Assembly: GCA_951406725.2 (NCBI GenBank)
Contig: OX597823.1
Span: forward strand, 88,660,001 to 88,724,000
Direction: 5' to 3'
DNA: 64,000 bases
Source: Octopus vulgaris
Taxonomy: Eukaryota
In this document: positions 1 to 13,901 of the stretch, piece after piece
How positions within the stretch are numbered: the first letter of the stretch is position 1
How the letters are laid out: each line of letters opens with the position of its first letter
Position numbers and translations under genes: made by a program
The notes under the pieces: model-generated
Databases searched by the model: none
The model's input: only the letters and a program-made list of their open reading frames with translations
What the model was told of the DNA's origin: nothing

Positions 1-1516
1 TGTTTTATACTATTTTAATATTATCTTGTATTACTTTATTCCAATTGAACCAGTGACAATTCCACCAAAACAGTACCTCAGTTTTTATGATTTCCTCTAA
101 ATGTAATTATCTTGTTTCTCCGGTAATATTCAATATTTTATTCTCGCACCTCTCAGTCTTCATTAATCCCTATTTTTGTTTTCCTTAATCTACATTTTGA
201 TTAGCACTTTTTTTTTATTTTCTCCATCCCTCTAATTCAGCACCTCTGCCAATTTAATTTTTATCTTATTTTCATTTTTTTACCGTTCATTCATTACTTC
301 TCGTACTTCATCATCTGCTCTGCCAAACCCTGTTATTCAAACACCTGTTCCTTTCCTTTTTGTTTCTTTTTCGTTTATTTTTATATATATTCTTTCCTAT
401 TCTTCCTTTTCACCTTTTGTTTCTCTTGCTCTCCCTCCTCGTCCTTCCCTCCGCCTTTTCTTCATTTTCTTCCTTTTACTCTCCTTTAATTTTATTTTCA
501 TTTCCTTTCTACTATAATCCTTCCGTTTCCTCTTTTTCCTTTTTCATCTCCCTTTCTTCCTTCGTAATAAAATTTGCCCTAATATGAGACTGTATACGGT
601 TTCTTCACCTGCTAGAAATGTAAACCAAATCTCCCTCAAATTACATATAGCCTTCTTTAAAAATGAAACTCAGTACATTCTGTCGGGCTAGATTCACTTC
701 ATCTGGAAATAAATGGTAGTGATAGTCACAAGTGGAATGCCGTTTGTCATAAGCTTTCACCATTAGAGCAAGCTTGAGGATAAACATCAACAACAGCAAA
801 CTATAAAATATTTCATACAATCAATTCTAATTCTGTTGAACCTGTGTCAGTTTTTCTTTATTTGTTTATTCATTCTTTGTCCAATTTGACTAATTGATAT
901 AATTCTAAAGTAATTACAATTTGTTTAACGACGTCTGATTACTGAAATAAAATTTGGTGTTGCTGAATTCCGGAGAAAATTAGCGAAATCCAAATTATAA
1001 ATTATATAGTATGGCACTAAGTGACACGTTTAAAGGAAAATAAATAATAGTTGTCAAAAGATATTTCGTTGCAATAGAGACATAATATAGTGTTGTGTGT
1101 TTATTGCGTCGGTGAGACAGTTTGGTGTACTAAAAATGAAGAGAGTTTCGATAACGAAGTTAACCTATATTTTCTGAATGTAGAATACCAAATTTGAGAA
1201 GACGATACGGTTTCGAAATAATTGTTTAGAATATTTTTAATTTTTAGCTTCTACAATCTGAAATGAAATATTCCACGATTATTTTGGCTCGATATAATAG
1301 GAACAAAATGTATGTATCAGATTTAATTCTACCAATTATACTAACATAAATAAGCAATAATATATTTTTTTTACCCATACGACTAGAATCGTGATAATTA
1401 TATAATTCGAAGAAAACGCAACTGTTTACAATAGAGCATTCAGTACATTTCTATGGAGCCGAACAAAAGATATAATAATGAGAACATTCTTCAATATTGG
1501 CAAAGAAGCGCTATTA

Positions 1517-1519
1517 TAG

Positions 1520-1552
<33 letters not shown>

Positions 1553-1644
1553 CAGGAAGATAGAGAGAGAGAGAGAAAGAGAGATAGGTCGGTAAGTAGG
1601 TAGATAGATAGATAGATACATATATAGCTAGCTAGCTAGCTAGC

Positions 1645-1710
<66 letters not shown>

Positions 1711-1722
1711 TACATACAGACT

Positions 1723-1774
<52 letters not shown>

Positions 1775-1786
1775 TACATACAGACT

Positions 1787-1854
<68 letters not shown>

Positions 1855-1870
1855 TACATTCATACAGACT

Positions 1871-1939
<69 letters not shown>

Positions 1940-2022
1940 GTAGGTAGGTAGGTAGGTAGGTAGGTAGGTAGGTAGGTAGGTAGGTAGGTAGGTAGGTAGA
2001 TAGGTAGGTAGGTATTTTAGAT
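1517..2022. repeat. Compound microsatellite (GATA)n/(GA)n/(GCTA)n/(GGTA)n with recurring spacer
   Basis: Visible directly; (GATA)n blocks are separated three times by a CATACAGACT spacer. Explains the ORFs at 1636-2032. Confidence 0.95.
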
Positions 2023-2350
2023 AGATTTGCATATAAGTATATACGATTCTATGTAGCTAGCGTACAATTATATATATATATCATTGATCAGGTTAGACAG
2101 AGAGCAAATATGTATCCGTCTGTTTTCCTTTGACTCATGATGTAGGGAAAAAACAGAAGGAAATAACTGGAGTGCTGTAACAGTGTGTAGTATTTAAGCT
2201 AACTTTCTAAGAAATTCCAATGATTACCATAATGCAGCAGAAAAGTTAGATCTAAATTCCTTTCATAATCGAATATTCAATTCACTCACGGGAAAGAAAT
2301 TAAGGACACAACCATTCTTCTCTTTGTCATTTAATATATAACCATTTTAA

Positions 2351-2735
2351 GGCGGCGAGCTGGCAGAAACATTAGCACGCCGGGCGAAATGCGTAGCCGT
2401 ATTTCGTCTGCCGCTACGTTCTGTGTTCAAATTCCGCCGAGGTCGACTTTGCCTTTCATCCTTTCGGATTCGATTAAATAAGTACCAGTTACGCACTGAG
2501 GTCGATATAATCGACTTAATCTGTTTGTCTGTCCTTGTTTGTCCTCTCTGTGTTTAGCCCTTTGTGGATAGTAAAGAAATAGGTATTTCGTCCGTTATTA
2601 CGTTCCGAGTTCGACTCTACCTTTCATCCTTTCTAGGCGCGATTAAAGAAATACCAGTAGAGCACTGGGGCCGATGAAATCGACTTACCCCTTCCATGAA
2701 ATTGCTGGTCTAGTCTCAAAAATTGAAACCAATAT
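2351..2735 (+). mobile_element. tRNA-headed SINE, family A (probably Meta-domain type)
   Basis: Head GGCGGCGAGCTGGCAGAAAC, B-box-like GTTCAAATTCC, central GCCTTTCATCCTTTCGG..CGATTAAATAAGTACC domain (internally duplicated); further copies at 23541, 33354, 34116 and 63898. Confidence 0.85.
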
Positions 2736-2909
2736 ATAAGGCTTTTATGTTAAATCAAATTAGAGCTACTAATTACATATACATTTTCCAACTCAAGGAT
2801 ACCACAATGAGTCACTTGATCACTAGAGCTTCGCAATTTGTTCCAGATCCCAATATGCTAATCTCAAATCCTGTCGACCTTAAATTTACTTTATATTCTT
2901 TCAGAGCAA

Positions 2910-3320
2910 TTACTCTTTTACTCTTTTTTGCTCTTTTACTTGTTTCAGTCATATGACTGCGGCCATGCTGGAACACCGCCTTTAGTCGAGCAAATCGATC
3001 CCAGGACTTATTCTTTGTAAGCTTAGTACTTATTCTATCGGGCAATTTTGCCGAACCGCTAGATTACGGGGACGTAAACATACCAGTATCGGTTGTCAAG
3101 CGATGTTGAGGGAACAAACACAGACACACAAACATATACACTCACATACATATATTCGACGGGCTTCTTTCATTTTCTGTCTACCAAATCCGCTCACAAT
3201 GCTTTGGTCGGCCCGAGGCTATAGTAGAAGACACTTGCCCAGGGTGCTACGCAGTGAGACTGAACCCAGAACGATGTGGTTGGTAAGCAAGCTACTTACC
3301 ACACAATCACTCCTGCGCCA
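2910..3320 (-). mobile_element. tRNA-headed SINE, family B (CORE-like), near full length
   Basis: Minus strand reads GGCGCAGGAGTG..TGTGTGGTAAG head, CCTGGGCAAGTGTCTT CORE-like block, internal (TG)/(TA) tract and GTAAAAGA-repeat tail; more than 10 copies or fragments in the window. Confidence 0.85.
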
Positions 3321-3523
3321 AATGTTAAAATAAAGTAAGAATCAAGTATTAGAGTTCACTTTTGACTCACCACTGAAATTTACTTCTGAGCCCATACCTG
3401 AAGTCTACTTCGTAATGCAGGTGAACAAATGATAAACGAAACCTCTGCGCATGCGTTCGATCAACTGTCACCGAAAGCAATTCTGTCTTACAAAATAAAT
3501 CACACTTTAAGTAATCTAATTGT

Positions 3524-3935
3524 GGATCGTTTCGGTTTGAACGGCAGTTTTTAACATAATTTCTAGGTAACTAAAAAATTTTTAATTTCGTATACTGGTA
3601 GAATGTGTTTATAAAACATCTTTTTCTCTTGGCTTTATTGAGAAAATTCTATAGTTTGTAAGATATTTGTTGTTTTCTTTTCTTCAATTTCTGCAAATTC
3701 AACCAATCAGTGACGTCTATTGAGTTAAAAAGCATTCTGTGCCGTATGAATATGTCTTTCGTTTAAGAAACACATTGGGTTTATTTACATTTGTGAAGAA
3801 AAAAAAGATACCCTTCCCCCAACCCTAACCCTAAAAGAGATTGAAATGCAATAGATCGATTTTACAGTCATAATTATGGGTGACAATTTCATATGACATC
3901 GCTAGAAAAAACTGCCGTTCAAATCGAAAAGATCC
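3524..3935. mobile_element. Non-autonomous DNA transposon (MITE), Merlin-like
   Basis: About 29-bp TIRs GGATCGTTTCGGTTTGAACGGCAGTTTTT / AAAAACTGCCGTTCAAATCGAAAAGATCC; 8-bp TSD CTAATTGT / GTAATTGT (1 mismatch). GG termini with an 8-bp TSD suggest Merlin (inference). Confidence 0.8.
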
Positions 3936-4847
3936 GTAATTGTGAATAAGCTGTATGCCTTAAAATAGTAATGTGATTATCAGAGCTTCAATAATTTTTG
4001 CTGTATCATGGCTGGTCTGCCTCGTGGCAATCTCAACGCAACTAAAGTAATATCATCAAGCTACGAGATGCTTAGTCTTTCTCGCATTTATAATCAATAA
4101 CATAACAATAAGAGGTGAAGAAATAAAAATTGACGTTGGAGCATTCGTTCCTCTTTGGATAAATAAGTTATGCTTGTAAGAACGAAACATAAAGCAAAAC
4201 ATAGACCAGAATTATAAACCAAACCCAACTCCACAGAGGAGCGCCGCATATGGCGTTGCGGTAGTCTTTACGTTTTGGATGACCTGACAAAGAAGCATCG
4301 ACACACTCGCTCAGCAAGAAATTCTAGTAAAAAATCTCCCTCGCAACATACTCAACTATCTTACGTTTAACTCGATATACAAGTACATAAAATATTTGTG
4401 TCTAGAGGATCTTTGAATCACCATCACCATCATTGCTTATATGGAACGTAAAAAAAAAATTCAACAAAATTATTATATCCCAAATGATTTGGTTTATCGT
4501 TGTTTTCATGTTATGCTGAGACCGATTCTATCGTCGAAATCAATTTCTGAAATGCATGTCCTGGACGAATATTTAATTAGACGATGTGTACTTGATTGCG
4601 AAAAGGGTCAAAATAAAATTAGCCCTCTAGATATATCTTCTAAAACTCAGGTAGATTTATTTACATGGCCCTCAGCAAAAGTACTCAGTCAACTCTCTGA
4701 TCAGATTGTATAGCTAGTGATTTCCTTAGAACGAGTGTTGAATTATAACTTGGTGATTAAACCTATTCAATTCTCTATAATGTTTATTTTTCGCTATATA
4801 ACACCCAAAGTAAAAACAACAAAAATGAACCTCTAAAATTGAACATA

Positions 4848-4903
<56 letters not shown>

Positions 4904-4927
4904 TGTGTGTGTGTGTGTAAATGTATA

Positions 4928-4973
<46 letters not shown>

Positions 4974-5719
4974 TGTATGTATGTAAATACACACGCATAT
5001 GCACATATATATAAATATATAGATGAAACAAGCAAGATAAATGAAACGTCCATGATTACAAGTTTTGAAAATGTGAAAAGTCGACACTTAATTAATAGAT
5101 TTAATGTGGTTTTAATGATAGACCGAAGAATTAAAAGCGGACCTCTCTCTGCAATCCGAGTGAAGTAAATTAACATTATTGATTCTTAAATGTTGTGTAC
5201 AAACACGTACATATGTTTGTCGATAGATGCACGTACACTGACATAATTATTGATATTGCTTATATAGACATTTATAAATACATCCACACATATAGGCACA
5301 CTTACATATGCACACTCTGACTCACTCATAGTATTTAAGACAGAAATATAAATATATATTCGAAAACAGATATTGGGTATATATGTGTGTGTGCATTAAA
5401 TATATTAAATATAATATTAACTCTTCATTATAAGGAAGTAAATACATACATGTATTCGTATATTTCTCCGGACATGAACCTGCGTTTGTAGCATTCATAC
5501 ATTTAAAATATAATACCAGTCGCTGTGACAAGCAAGATACATCAAGATAGGAAGGGAGATGCATATTGACCCAAAACGTATCAGTAAACCCAAACAGAAA
5601 AATGCCATATGAATGAGGATGTACTCTTTTGCAGTCCGAAAAGTGTTTAAGGTATTTAGAAACATTTCCCCTATATTCCAATGATTCTGGCTCGCTATTC
5701 AGCATTACCGGAGTTTATA

Positions 5720-6277
5720 TTGGGTTGTCCGGAAAGCTCGTGTCGATTTATAGTAGCTTACCTTTCGACGTATTTTAGAACATGGTTGAATCCATAAAAT
5801 AGTATTTGACTACACCTCCATTTTGAGCACAGTTTAAGCTATCTTTTCGTGGAAGAAGGTTTATGTTCCTGTGTTAATTCTGTAACCCTTTGAAATGGAA
5901 GATAAGAAAGTTCATTTTAGGCACTTGATGCTTTGGGAACCGGACAAAAATTGCTGCAGCTCGGCTGCGATGTGTTACCCTACCTCCATATTCACCAGAT
6001 ATTACTCCTTCGGATTTACACTTATTTAGGTCTCTGCAGAATAGTCTTAATGGTACAAATTTCAATTCTTCGGATGACATAAAAAGATACTTTGATGAAT
6101 TGTTTGCCATGAAACCACCTCAATTCTGGGAAGAGGGTATTTTCAAGTTAGAGGAAAGATAGAGACGCATTGTGCAACAAAATGGTTCATATTTGGTTGA
6201 TTAAAAATGTAATGGCAAGTATTTATTGACCTTTTCCTTTCCTTTAAAAATCAGCACGAACTTTCCGGACAACCGCA
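5720..6277 (+). mobile_element. Internally deleted mariner transposon
   Basis: TA-flanked TIRs TTGGGTTGTCCGGAAAG / CTTTCCGGACAACCGCA; transposase C-terminus PPYSPDITPSDLHLFRSLQNSL...FWEEGIFKLEER*RRIVQQNGSYLVD* at about 5983-6203. Confidence 0.92.
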
Positions 6278-6599
6278 TATATTAAGTATGATTGCAATTT
6301 TCATCACCTTATTATTTTAAACGTAGGACATTTGAAGCACGATTTCATATTCAAAGATAAATCTATAAATATCGTTTTTTTCTTTTTTCAGAAAAATTAC
6401 TTATAGCCAAGATTTACTTTTGGTTCGCATTTTATTTTAGCTGTCTTCATCCATCAATGTTATTACTCTAAGATATATATCCATGTTTATGGAACTCTCT
6501 GCTAAATCGCTTTACGCCAGAATAATATTTTCTTTATGCTTGCGAAATATTTATATCTATTGTGAATATTATATGTGTAAGTACTGGGAGATAGATATA

Positions 6600-6875
6600 G
6601 ATGGATATACGTATGTATGTATGTATGTATGTCGGTATGTATGTGTGTATGTATGTATGTATGCATGTATGTATGTAAATATGTATATATGCATGTATGT
6701 ATGTATATATGTATGTATGTATGTATGTATATGTGCGTATGTATGCATGTATTTATGCATATACGTATGTATGTACGTATGTATATACGTATTCATGAAT
6801 GTATGTGTGTGTGTATATCTATGTATAAATGTGTGTGTGTATGTCGGTATGTGTGCTTGTATGTCCGAGTGTGAT
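6600..6875. repeat. (TATG)n/(TG)n degenerate microsatellite
   Basis: Visible directly. Confidence 0.9.
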
Positions 6876-7273
6876 TGAGAGCGAGATTGCATACATAGCA
6901 ATATAAGTGTGTGAGAGAAATACAAAAAGGGCAAATGTATATATGAGTGTTTATAGTTCTATGTGTTGTGTGTGTAAGTGAGTGTATACGACTGTATGTG
7001 TGTGTTGGCCGTGTCTGCGATGGAAGTTCATTGTTTTTAGTATAGATGTACGTGATTATTGTTTCCGTTTCGAAAAAAAGGATAACAATTATTCATCGTC
7101 TGTTTGATTGTGAGTGTTTGCTTTTAGTAACAAGTGTCATTCGTACACTTACACACATACAGGCACACTTTTTATATTCTCTTCTCACTTAACATAACAA
7201 CAATCATTTCTAAAATGTGGGAAATCTAATAACAACATGCGAGACTTTTGTTATTATTATTCTTATTATTATC

Positions 7274-7276
<3 letters not shown>

Positions 7277-7340
<64 letters not shown>
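7277..7340. repeat. (AAT)n microsatellite
   Basis: Visible directly. Confidence 0.95.
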
Positions 7341-7342
<2 letters not shown>

Positions 7343-7749
7343 ATCAGCTTAATCGTCATTGTTGACGTTATTGTTGTTGCTGATACTGTTTTTTCTTGGT
7401 GTTTTATCTAGAAATAGATAATATATATTATTAAATAGTAATCACACTATGACATTTTCAAAACTATGAAAACAAGAAATAAATGTCTATTTTTGAAATA
7501 ATATATTTTATTCCATCAAAAATTCATTGCTTTTTTCTTTTCTCCGTTTAACTTATTTTTGAAACTGTTTTTTTTTCTTCTGTTTTTCAACATATTTTCT
7601 GTGTTAATATCCTTTTTTCCGAAAGTCAGCAACTTAGTGTAGTATAACAAATTTGGATGTACACCGTTGATAAATGTGAACGTGTTAGTAGTCTTATGAA
7701 TATATTTTAATATATATATATATATATATATGCATGTCTAAACATATAT

Positions 7750-7818
<69 letters not shown>

Positions 7819-8239
7819 TCAGTGTGTGTATATGTGTGTATACTATATATATATACGGAGACAGAGAGAGACAGACAAAGATGGTTAGATAGATGTTTCC
7901 GTTTCAGTGGTATATTTTCATGCATAAGTGTTTGCGTGACCACGAGCTGGATAGCTAGATTTGATAGTACAGGGTTTAAAATTAAAGAGCCAATATCAAA
8001 AATACCTTGTGCATTACATCTCACTGTTATCAAATAAACTAAGGGCGATCAAGGTAATCAACTTTTTCGATAAAACAGCCAAACATCCTAGCAGCTTTCA
8101 TATCTTATTGTCTTTACGATGAAGGTAGCATTTAGAAATACGCTCTTAGATATACTAAGATGTACTGAAAATAGGATAGACACCGTTAGGATGTCGTTGG
8201 TCTTACATATCTGACATGAAGCTAAATAAAATGAATAAT

Positions 8240-8559
8240 AAACGATAAACGTCGCCCTTTTCAAGCCTAGCCAGGCTCATGGGACCGGTTTTCCGGTTTC
8301 TGTGGCGTAAGTGTTCCCCCAGCTGAACGGGACGCCAGTCCATCGCAGCGTTGCTCAAGAAACAAGAAGAGAAAGTGAGAAAAAGTTGTGGCGAAAGAGT
8401 ATAACAGGAGTCGCCACCCCCACCCACCCTGCCGGAGCCTCGTGGAGCTTTTAGGTGTTTTCGCTCAATAAACATACACAACGCCCGGTCTGGGAATCGA
8501 ATCCGCAATCCTCCGACCGCGAGTCCGCTGCCCTAACCACTGGGCCATTGCGCCTCCAC
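8240..8559 (-). mobile_element. tRNA-derived SINE, family C (tRNA-Arg-like head), full length with TSD
   Basis: Minus head GTGGAGGCGCAATGGCCCAGTGGTTAGGGCAGCGGACTCGCGGTC...TTCGATTCCC; tail CATGAGCCTGGCTAGGCTTGAAAAGGGCG; perfect 12-bp TSD AAAATGAATAAT (8228-8239, 8560-8571). Confidence 0.9.
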
Positions 8560-9680
8560 AAAATGAATAATGCTACCATTATATTATCGGGGAAAATGTG
8601 TATGTGATTATTCCTAAAGCAAATGTTCAAAGAGAATTCAATATATTTTGATAAAATATAGTTATTAAAATGTTGAAGGCGTTCGCTATGTTTCATCTTG
8701 GGTCAAACTAACAAGGGAGATAACAGTGAATGTTTCTGTCGTCATGCTTCCTGTCAGCTGATTTACCTTCCTCTCTAGTTTTCTAGCGTTATAGGAACTG
8801 GCTTTTTATAAGCAAAAATAGCTTGCTCCGAGAGAAAATAACGAGAACTAAACCCTAAAACTTTCTCTAATGATTGTATTTATCGATACCGAGGCTAGTT
8901 TATTTCTGCCGTTGACAGCTTTGGAAATAACCAAATACACAGTTTTCTTACTGCAATATTTAGTGATCGAATCTTATAATTAAACATTATAATTGATGAC
9001 TGATTTATGATCTTTTGGTGAAAAGTTCATTTCTTCCAACAATATTTACATGGAGAGAGAGAGGGGGGGTCTCTGTTGGTTTTCTCTTGTCTTTTTGTAC
9101 TCACAATATACTGACGAGATGTTCTAGTGTTGAAATTTCTATATTCACAAAGCACATTCTCTCTCATTAAGTCACTAACTCCATGCTCACATACACGTTT
9201 ATTTACATGTCCACTAGTGATCAGTATAGAGATCTAAATAATTCAATGGGAAAGAATATGAAGAAAACTGTGATCGATTTATGAAGGCATGAAGACGAAA
9301 TCAAAGACATTGTTCTCGAATGGAAGAAAGAGAAAATATAAATATACATAAACAGCAACAAAAGTACAGCATTGAATAAAACAGACCAACGGGGCAAACA
9401 GTAAGAAATAAATATATAAAAGAAAAAATTAAAAGGAAAAGAGAAACAAAAGTAAGAAATATTTCGAAAGATATCTTTCGGATGTAAAAAAATGGAGTAT
9501 TATATATGGAAAATGGAAAATATGTCTATGTGTATTAAGCATGTACGTATGTAAGCATGTATATTGTTATCAGCAGAAAGAAACTGACTGCTAATGTGTT
9601 GTTTTTATTTTGATTTATACAGTTAAAAAACATATGTACACACACATACATATGTGCGTGTGTGCTTGCATACACATGCA

Positions 9681-10290
<610 letters not shown>

Positions 10291-10738
10291 ACATTGTTAT
10301 CAGCCAAGAACTGTCTGTCCATAATACTTTTTTCTTTTTCTTGATTTCATAAGTTCTTTTCTTTATTTCCGTTCCTACACTTGCATCCAGTTACGTACTT
10401 TCATTTGTCCGTTTTCTTTGTTTTCCTTTTTTTTTTGTATATATATATCTATTTCAGTTACTCATTTGTTTATTCTTACTTTTATTGGTGCATTTATTTG
10501 TTGATTTATTTATTGTGCAATGAAAGGGAGAATCTTGTTATACTCGTTAACTGATGTAGGTTCACTGTAAGCACAGCTGCAATCAATAACAAACAAGATA
10601 GCTGCCTGCGAGAAGCTAGGACATATTAAATGGCCAATCAAATCTGATCGTTTTAATGAACTTGATGGAAATACCTCATGGAAAAGGGGCGTTTTTGTGC
10701 CTCTCTTTCTTTCCGGCTGTCTGCTATTTCTCTTTCTT

Positions 10739-10742
<4 letters not shown>

Positions 10743-10796
<54 letters not shown>
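10743..10796. repeat. (CT)n microsatellite
   Basis: Visible directly. Confidence 0.95.
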
Positions 10797-10801
<5 letters not shown>

Positions 10802-10983
10802 CGCTCTCTCCCTTTCTCTCTCTTTTTATCTCTTTATTCGGCAACGAACATTGCCGAAAAATCCAATAGTTTCTAAAATAGATTTATTTATAGTTAACGA
10901 TTTCTTCCTATTTAAGAGCTGATTATTCTCTTTCTTATTCGCAGAGAATATATTGGACCAAAAAAAGAAAAAGAATAAACAAC

Positions 10984-11039
<56 letters not shown>

Positions 11040-12661
11040 CTTTACTTATCGCCATTGTATTGATGATCATCCTTTTTCCCTTTATTATGCATGGTCTTCA
11101 TTTTCTCATCATTATTTAGCATCACGATCAACCTGGTCATCATCATCACCACACCCTTCATCATGACCATCGTTTTCTTCCTCTTTTTCCTCTTCCGTCT
11201 CCTGTTTCTTCTTCTTGCTCTTCATCTTCGTTTCCAAATTTTTTCTTCTTTTTCGTCCTCTACCTTCTCCGTTCCCTCCTCCTCATTTCTTCCCGTCATC
11301 ATCATCATCATCAATAACTACTGCTGTCTCTGCGCATCCTTCTTAAGCTTCTTCATTTCTACTCGTCGTCCATTTGGCCGTGGTGGCGGCTATTGTGGTG
11401 ACAGTGGTGGTGTTGACGGTTGCGATAATGGTGGTAGTCTTCTCTTATGTCTGCTATTGTTGATGCTGTTGTTTAAAGTGGTCAATCGGAAAAGTCTTTC
11501 GAGCGAGGGTCAAAATGTATTACGATACCACCTCGTTCAACTTTGCCCTTCATCCCTCCGAGGTCGATATCATACAGCTCTACTCAAGTGCTGGGGTCGA
11601 TACGACTCCTTCCTTCGAGTCAATTCCTTCTTTCAAAAGTAATAGCCTTTTATTAGAAACTACTACAACTACTACAAATAGTAAGAGCAGCAGCAGCAGC
11701 AGACGTCCAAGAATTTAGACCTGGACATCTCCATTTCCAGCGAATTCGAGGGCTACCTCCCAGGGGTGTCGGGCGTCAACGAAGAGCCCTCGACTACAAA
11801 AAGACGACCAAAGTTTTTTTTTTTTCGAAGGTCAGGGGTCTCAGACCATCACCTAATCACCCTTACCCGTGTTGTTGCTTAACAACAACAGCAACAGTAG
11901 TAGTAGTAATAGTAGTAGTAGTGGTGGTGGTGGTGGTGGTCATAGCAGTAGTTGCATTTGCAGCAGAGGTTTTATTAGTGGTAGCGATAAGAGAATCATT
12001 ATTCTCCACTTATTGTCTTCGTTGACATTCTAGTGCCCTTTTCGAAGCATAAGTAACAACAGAAAATATTAAGGTTATCGCTATAGTGACATAGCTATCG
12101 TTAGGTTTTTTTTTTCCTTATCTTCCTGTTGCCGTCTTCACCAATTATTGTACAATAAACGTAGACATCTAATAATGTGCAGATTTCAAGAACGTTACAC
12201 GTATCCAAGATTTGTAAATCTTTTTCTGACTATACGAATCACAATTAAAACGTCTTTCACTTTCTAGATAAAGACAGATACTTTTAAACAGTAGTTTCAC
12301 CTGCAAGTAATAACAGCGAAGTCCCCCTACGAATCAAAGGGTACTGTTATGAACTTTACTAAACAGTAGTAAATATAGAACACGACGGTCTCGTAGTAGG
12401 TTGTAAAAGTTCGAAACAAGTCTCAACTAAAACTGTTGAGTATCCAAGAGTTTGCAGGCAAAAGAGTCTACCAACCCTTCTTGTATTTTTATGAGTAGGA
12501 AATATATATGGCAATCCTCATCTTCTTAAACAAAATATTTCTACTTCCACGCAACTGCTCGCTAAATTCGTTAACTCCTTTCCATAGAATTTCATTTTCA
12601 ACCAGCGCTTATCTTTAGTCCCTCGTTACCACACGCCTTTCAGCACTTTTTCTTTTTTTAT

Positions 12662-12688
12662 CCGATGAAGAACTATGTCCGAAACGTC
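12662..12688 (+). ncRNA. Degenerate minimal hammerhead ribozyme motif (Penelope-like pLTR relic)
   Basis: CCGATGA-AGAACTATGTCC-GAAA-CG-TC; core has U4>C, stem III palindrome ACGT; followed by a T-rich tail and microsatellite like the copy at 13.7 kb. Confidence 0.45.
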
Positions 12689-12756
12689 ACTTTCACTTTT
12701 ACTTTCTTCTTTGGGAAAATTTGTATCTCAAATATATGTGTGTGTGTGCCTGTATG

Positions 12757-12802
<46 letters not shown>

Positions 12803-12919
12803 TATATAGGGAGAGAGAGAGAGAGAGAGAGTCAGACAGATATACAGAGAAAGGGACAGATAGATAGATAAATGTATGTGCGTGTGTATATATATACATA
12901 TTGCATATATATATGTGTG

Positions 12920-12951
<32 letters not shown>

Positions 12952-13333
12952 CTAGCAGTATCGCCCGGCGTTGCTCAGGTTTGTAAGGGAAATAACTATA
13001 AAGCATTTTTAGAGAGTTATAGCCAAAAAATAGCAAAAAAATGGAAAAAAATGATGGTAAATTTTTTTGAGAGTTAAAAAAGGTGGAGTTGCGTCCCCTA
13101 GACAGTTTGTGGTTTGTGTTTCTGATTCTCGACCCCATGTCGAATTTATCGATTTTTTCAGAACTGGGGGAACTTTTCAAAATTTTCGCTGCGTTAGTTT
13201 TGAATTATGACATTGGGCTATGTGTGTGTCAAGTTTCATCAGAAGCGGTTGAAAGCCGTGGTCAGGGTGAGGGTACAAGCAAACAGACACACAGAAACAC
13301 ACACAGACAAACTGCCGTTTATATAGAGAGAGA
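12952..13333 (-). mobile_element. Non-autonomous Helitron
   Basis: Minus strand begins TC (TCTCTCTCTATATAAACGGC) and ends in a GC-rich hairpin CCTGAGCAACGCCGGG followed by CGATACTG-CTAG; inserted between A and T with no TSD. Confidence 0.8.
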
Positions 13334-13639
13334 TAATTTTTATCAATGAAGTAATGAGTTGACGACAATGTTTATTTCATTATTAATTTGTCAATAGTAA
13401 TTCATACGCATAATGCTTATTACTGCATAAATTTGTCACTGGATCCTTGAAATAACTGAAAAAGTTTAACATGCATTTTATCTTTAACCTAATTAATTGT
13501 TTTAAGACATTGACTTTTAGAAATTTAGATATTTGACCACCTACCAAGCCTGTACCCCCTAAACTGTACCTTTTGATATACACTTGCCCATTGTACACGT
13601 ACGCACACACACACACACACACTTATACACTTAGAGAAT

Positions 13640-13837
13640 TCGTGACCACGTGCATACCTTTGCGAATTTTTTCCCTCCGTCTTCCCTTCTTTGGATCTTT
13701 CCTTTTTCTATGTTTCTGACGAAGAGCTCCGCTCGAAACGTTAAACCCTCCTTCTTTCCTGCGCGTCCAATAATACTATACTTGTTCCACGTCCTCGCGT
13801 TGTTGTGTTTTCTCTTTGTGTTTTCATGTTTGGACTA

Positions 13838-13845
<8 letters not shown>
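13640..13845 (+). mobile_element. Penelope-like element terminal repeat (pLTR) fragment
   Basis: Pyrimidine-rich repeat carrying a minimal hammerhead motif and ending in an (AT)n tract; related copy at 30168-30345 on the minus strand. Confidence 0.65.
13712..13746 (+). ncRNA. Minimal type I hammerhead ribozyme motif
   Basis: GTTT-CTGACGA-A-GAGC TCC GCTC-GAAA-CG-T-T-AAAC: intact core, stem I GTTT/AAAC, stem II GAGC/GCTC, palindromic ACGT stem III. Confidence 0.7.

Positions 13846-13901
<56 letters not shown>

Noticed and set aside
3821-3834. Interstitial telomere
   Set aside because: Only about two units, and internal to a MITE.
8480-8559. tRNA-Arg-like sequence (also the other SINE heads)
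   Set aside because: Continuous with a SINE body and bounded by TSDs; not a tRNA gene.
11091-11642. 183-aa hydrophobic ORF
   Set aside because: Built from low-complexity (CAT)/(CTT)/(GGT) repeats plus a decayed SINE.
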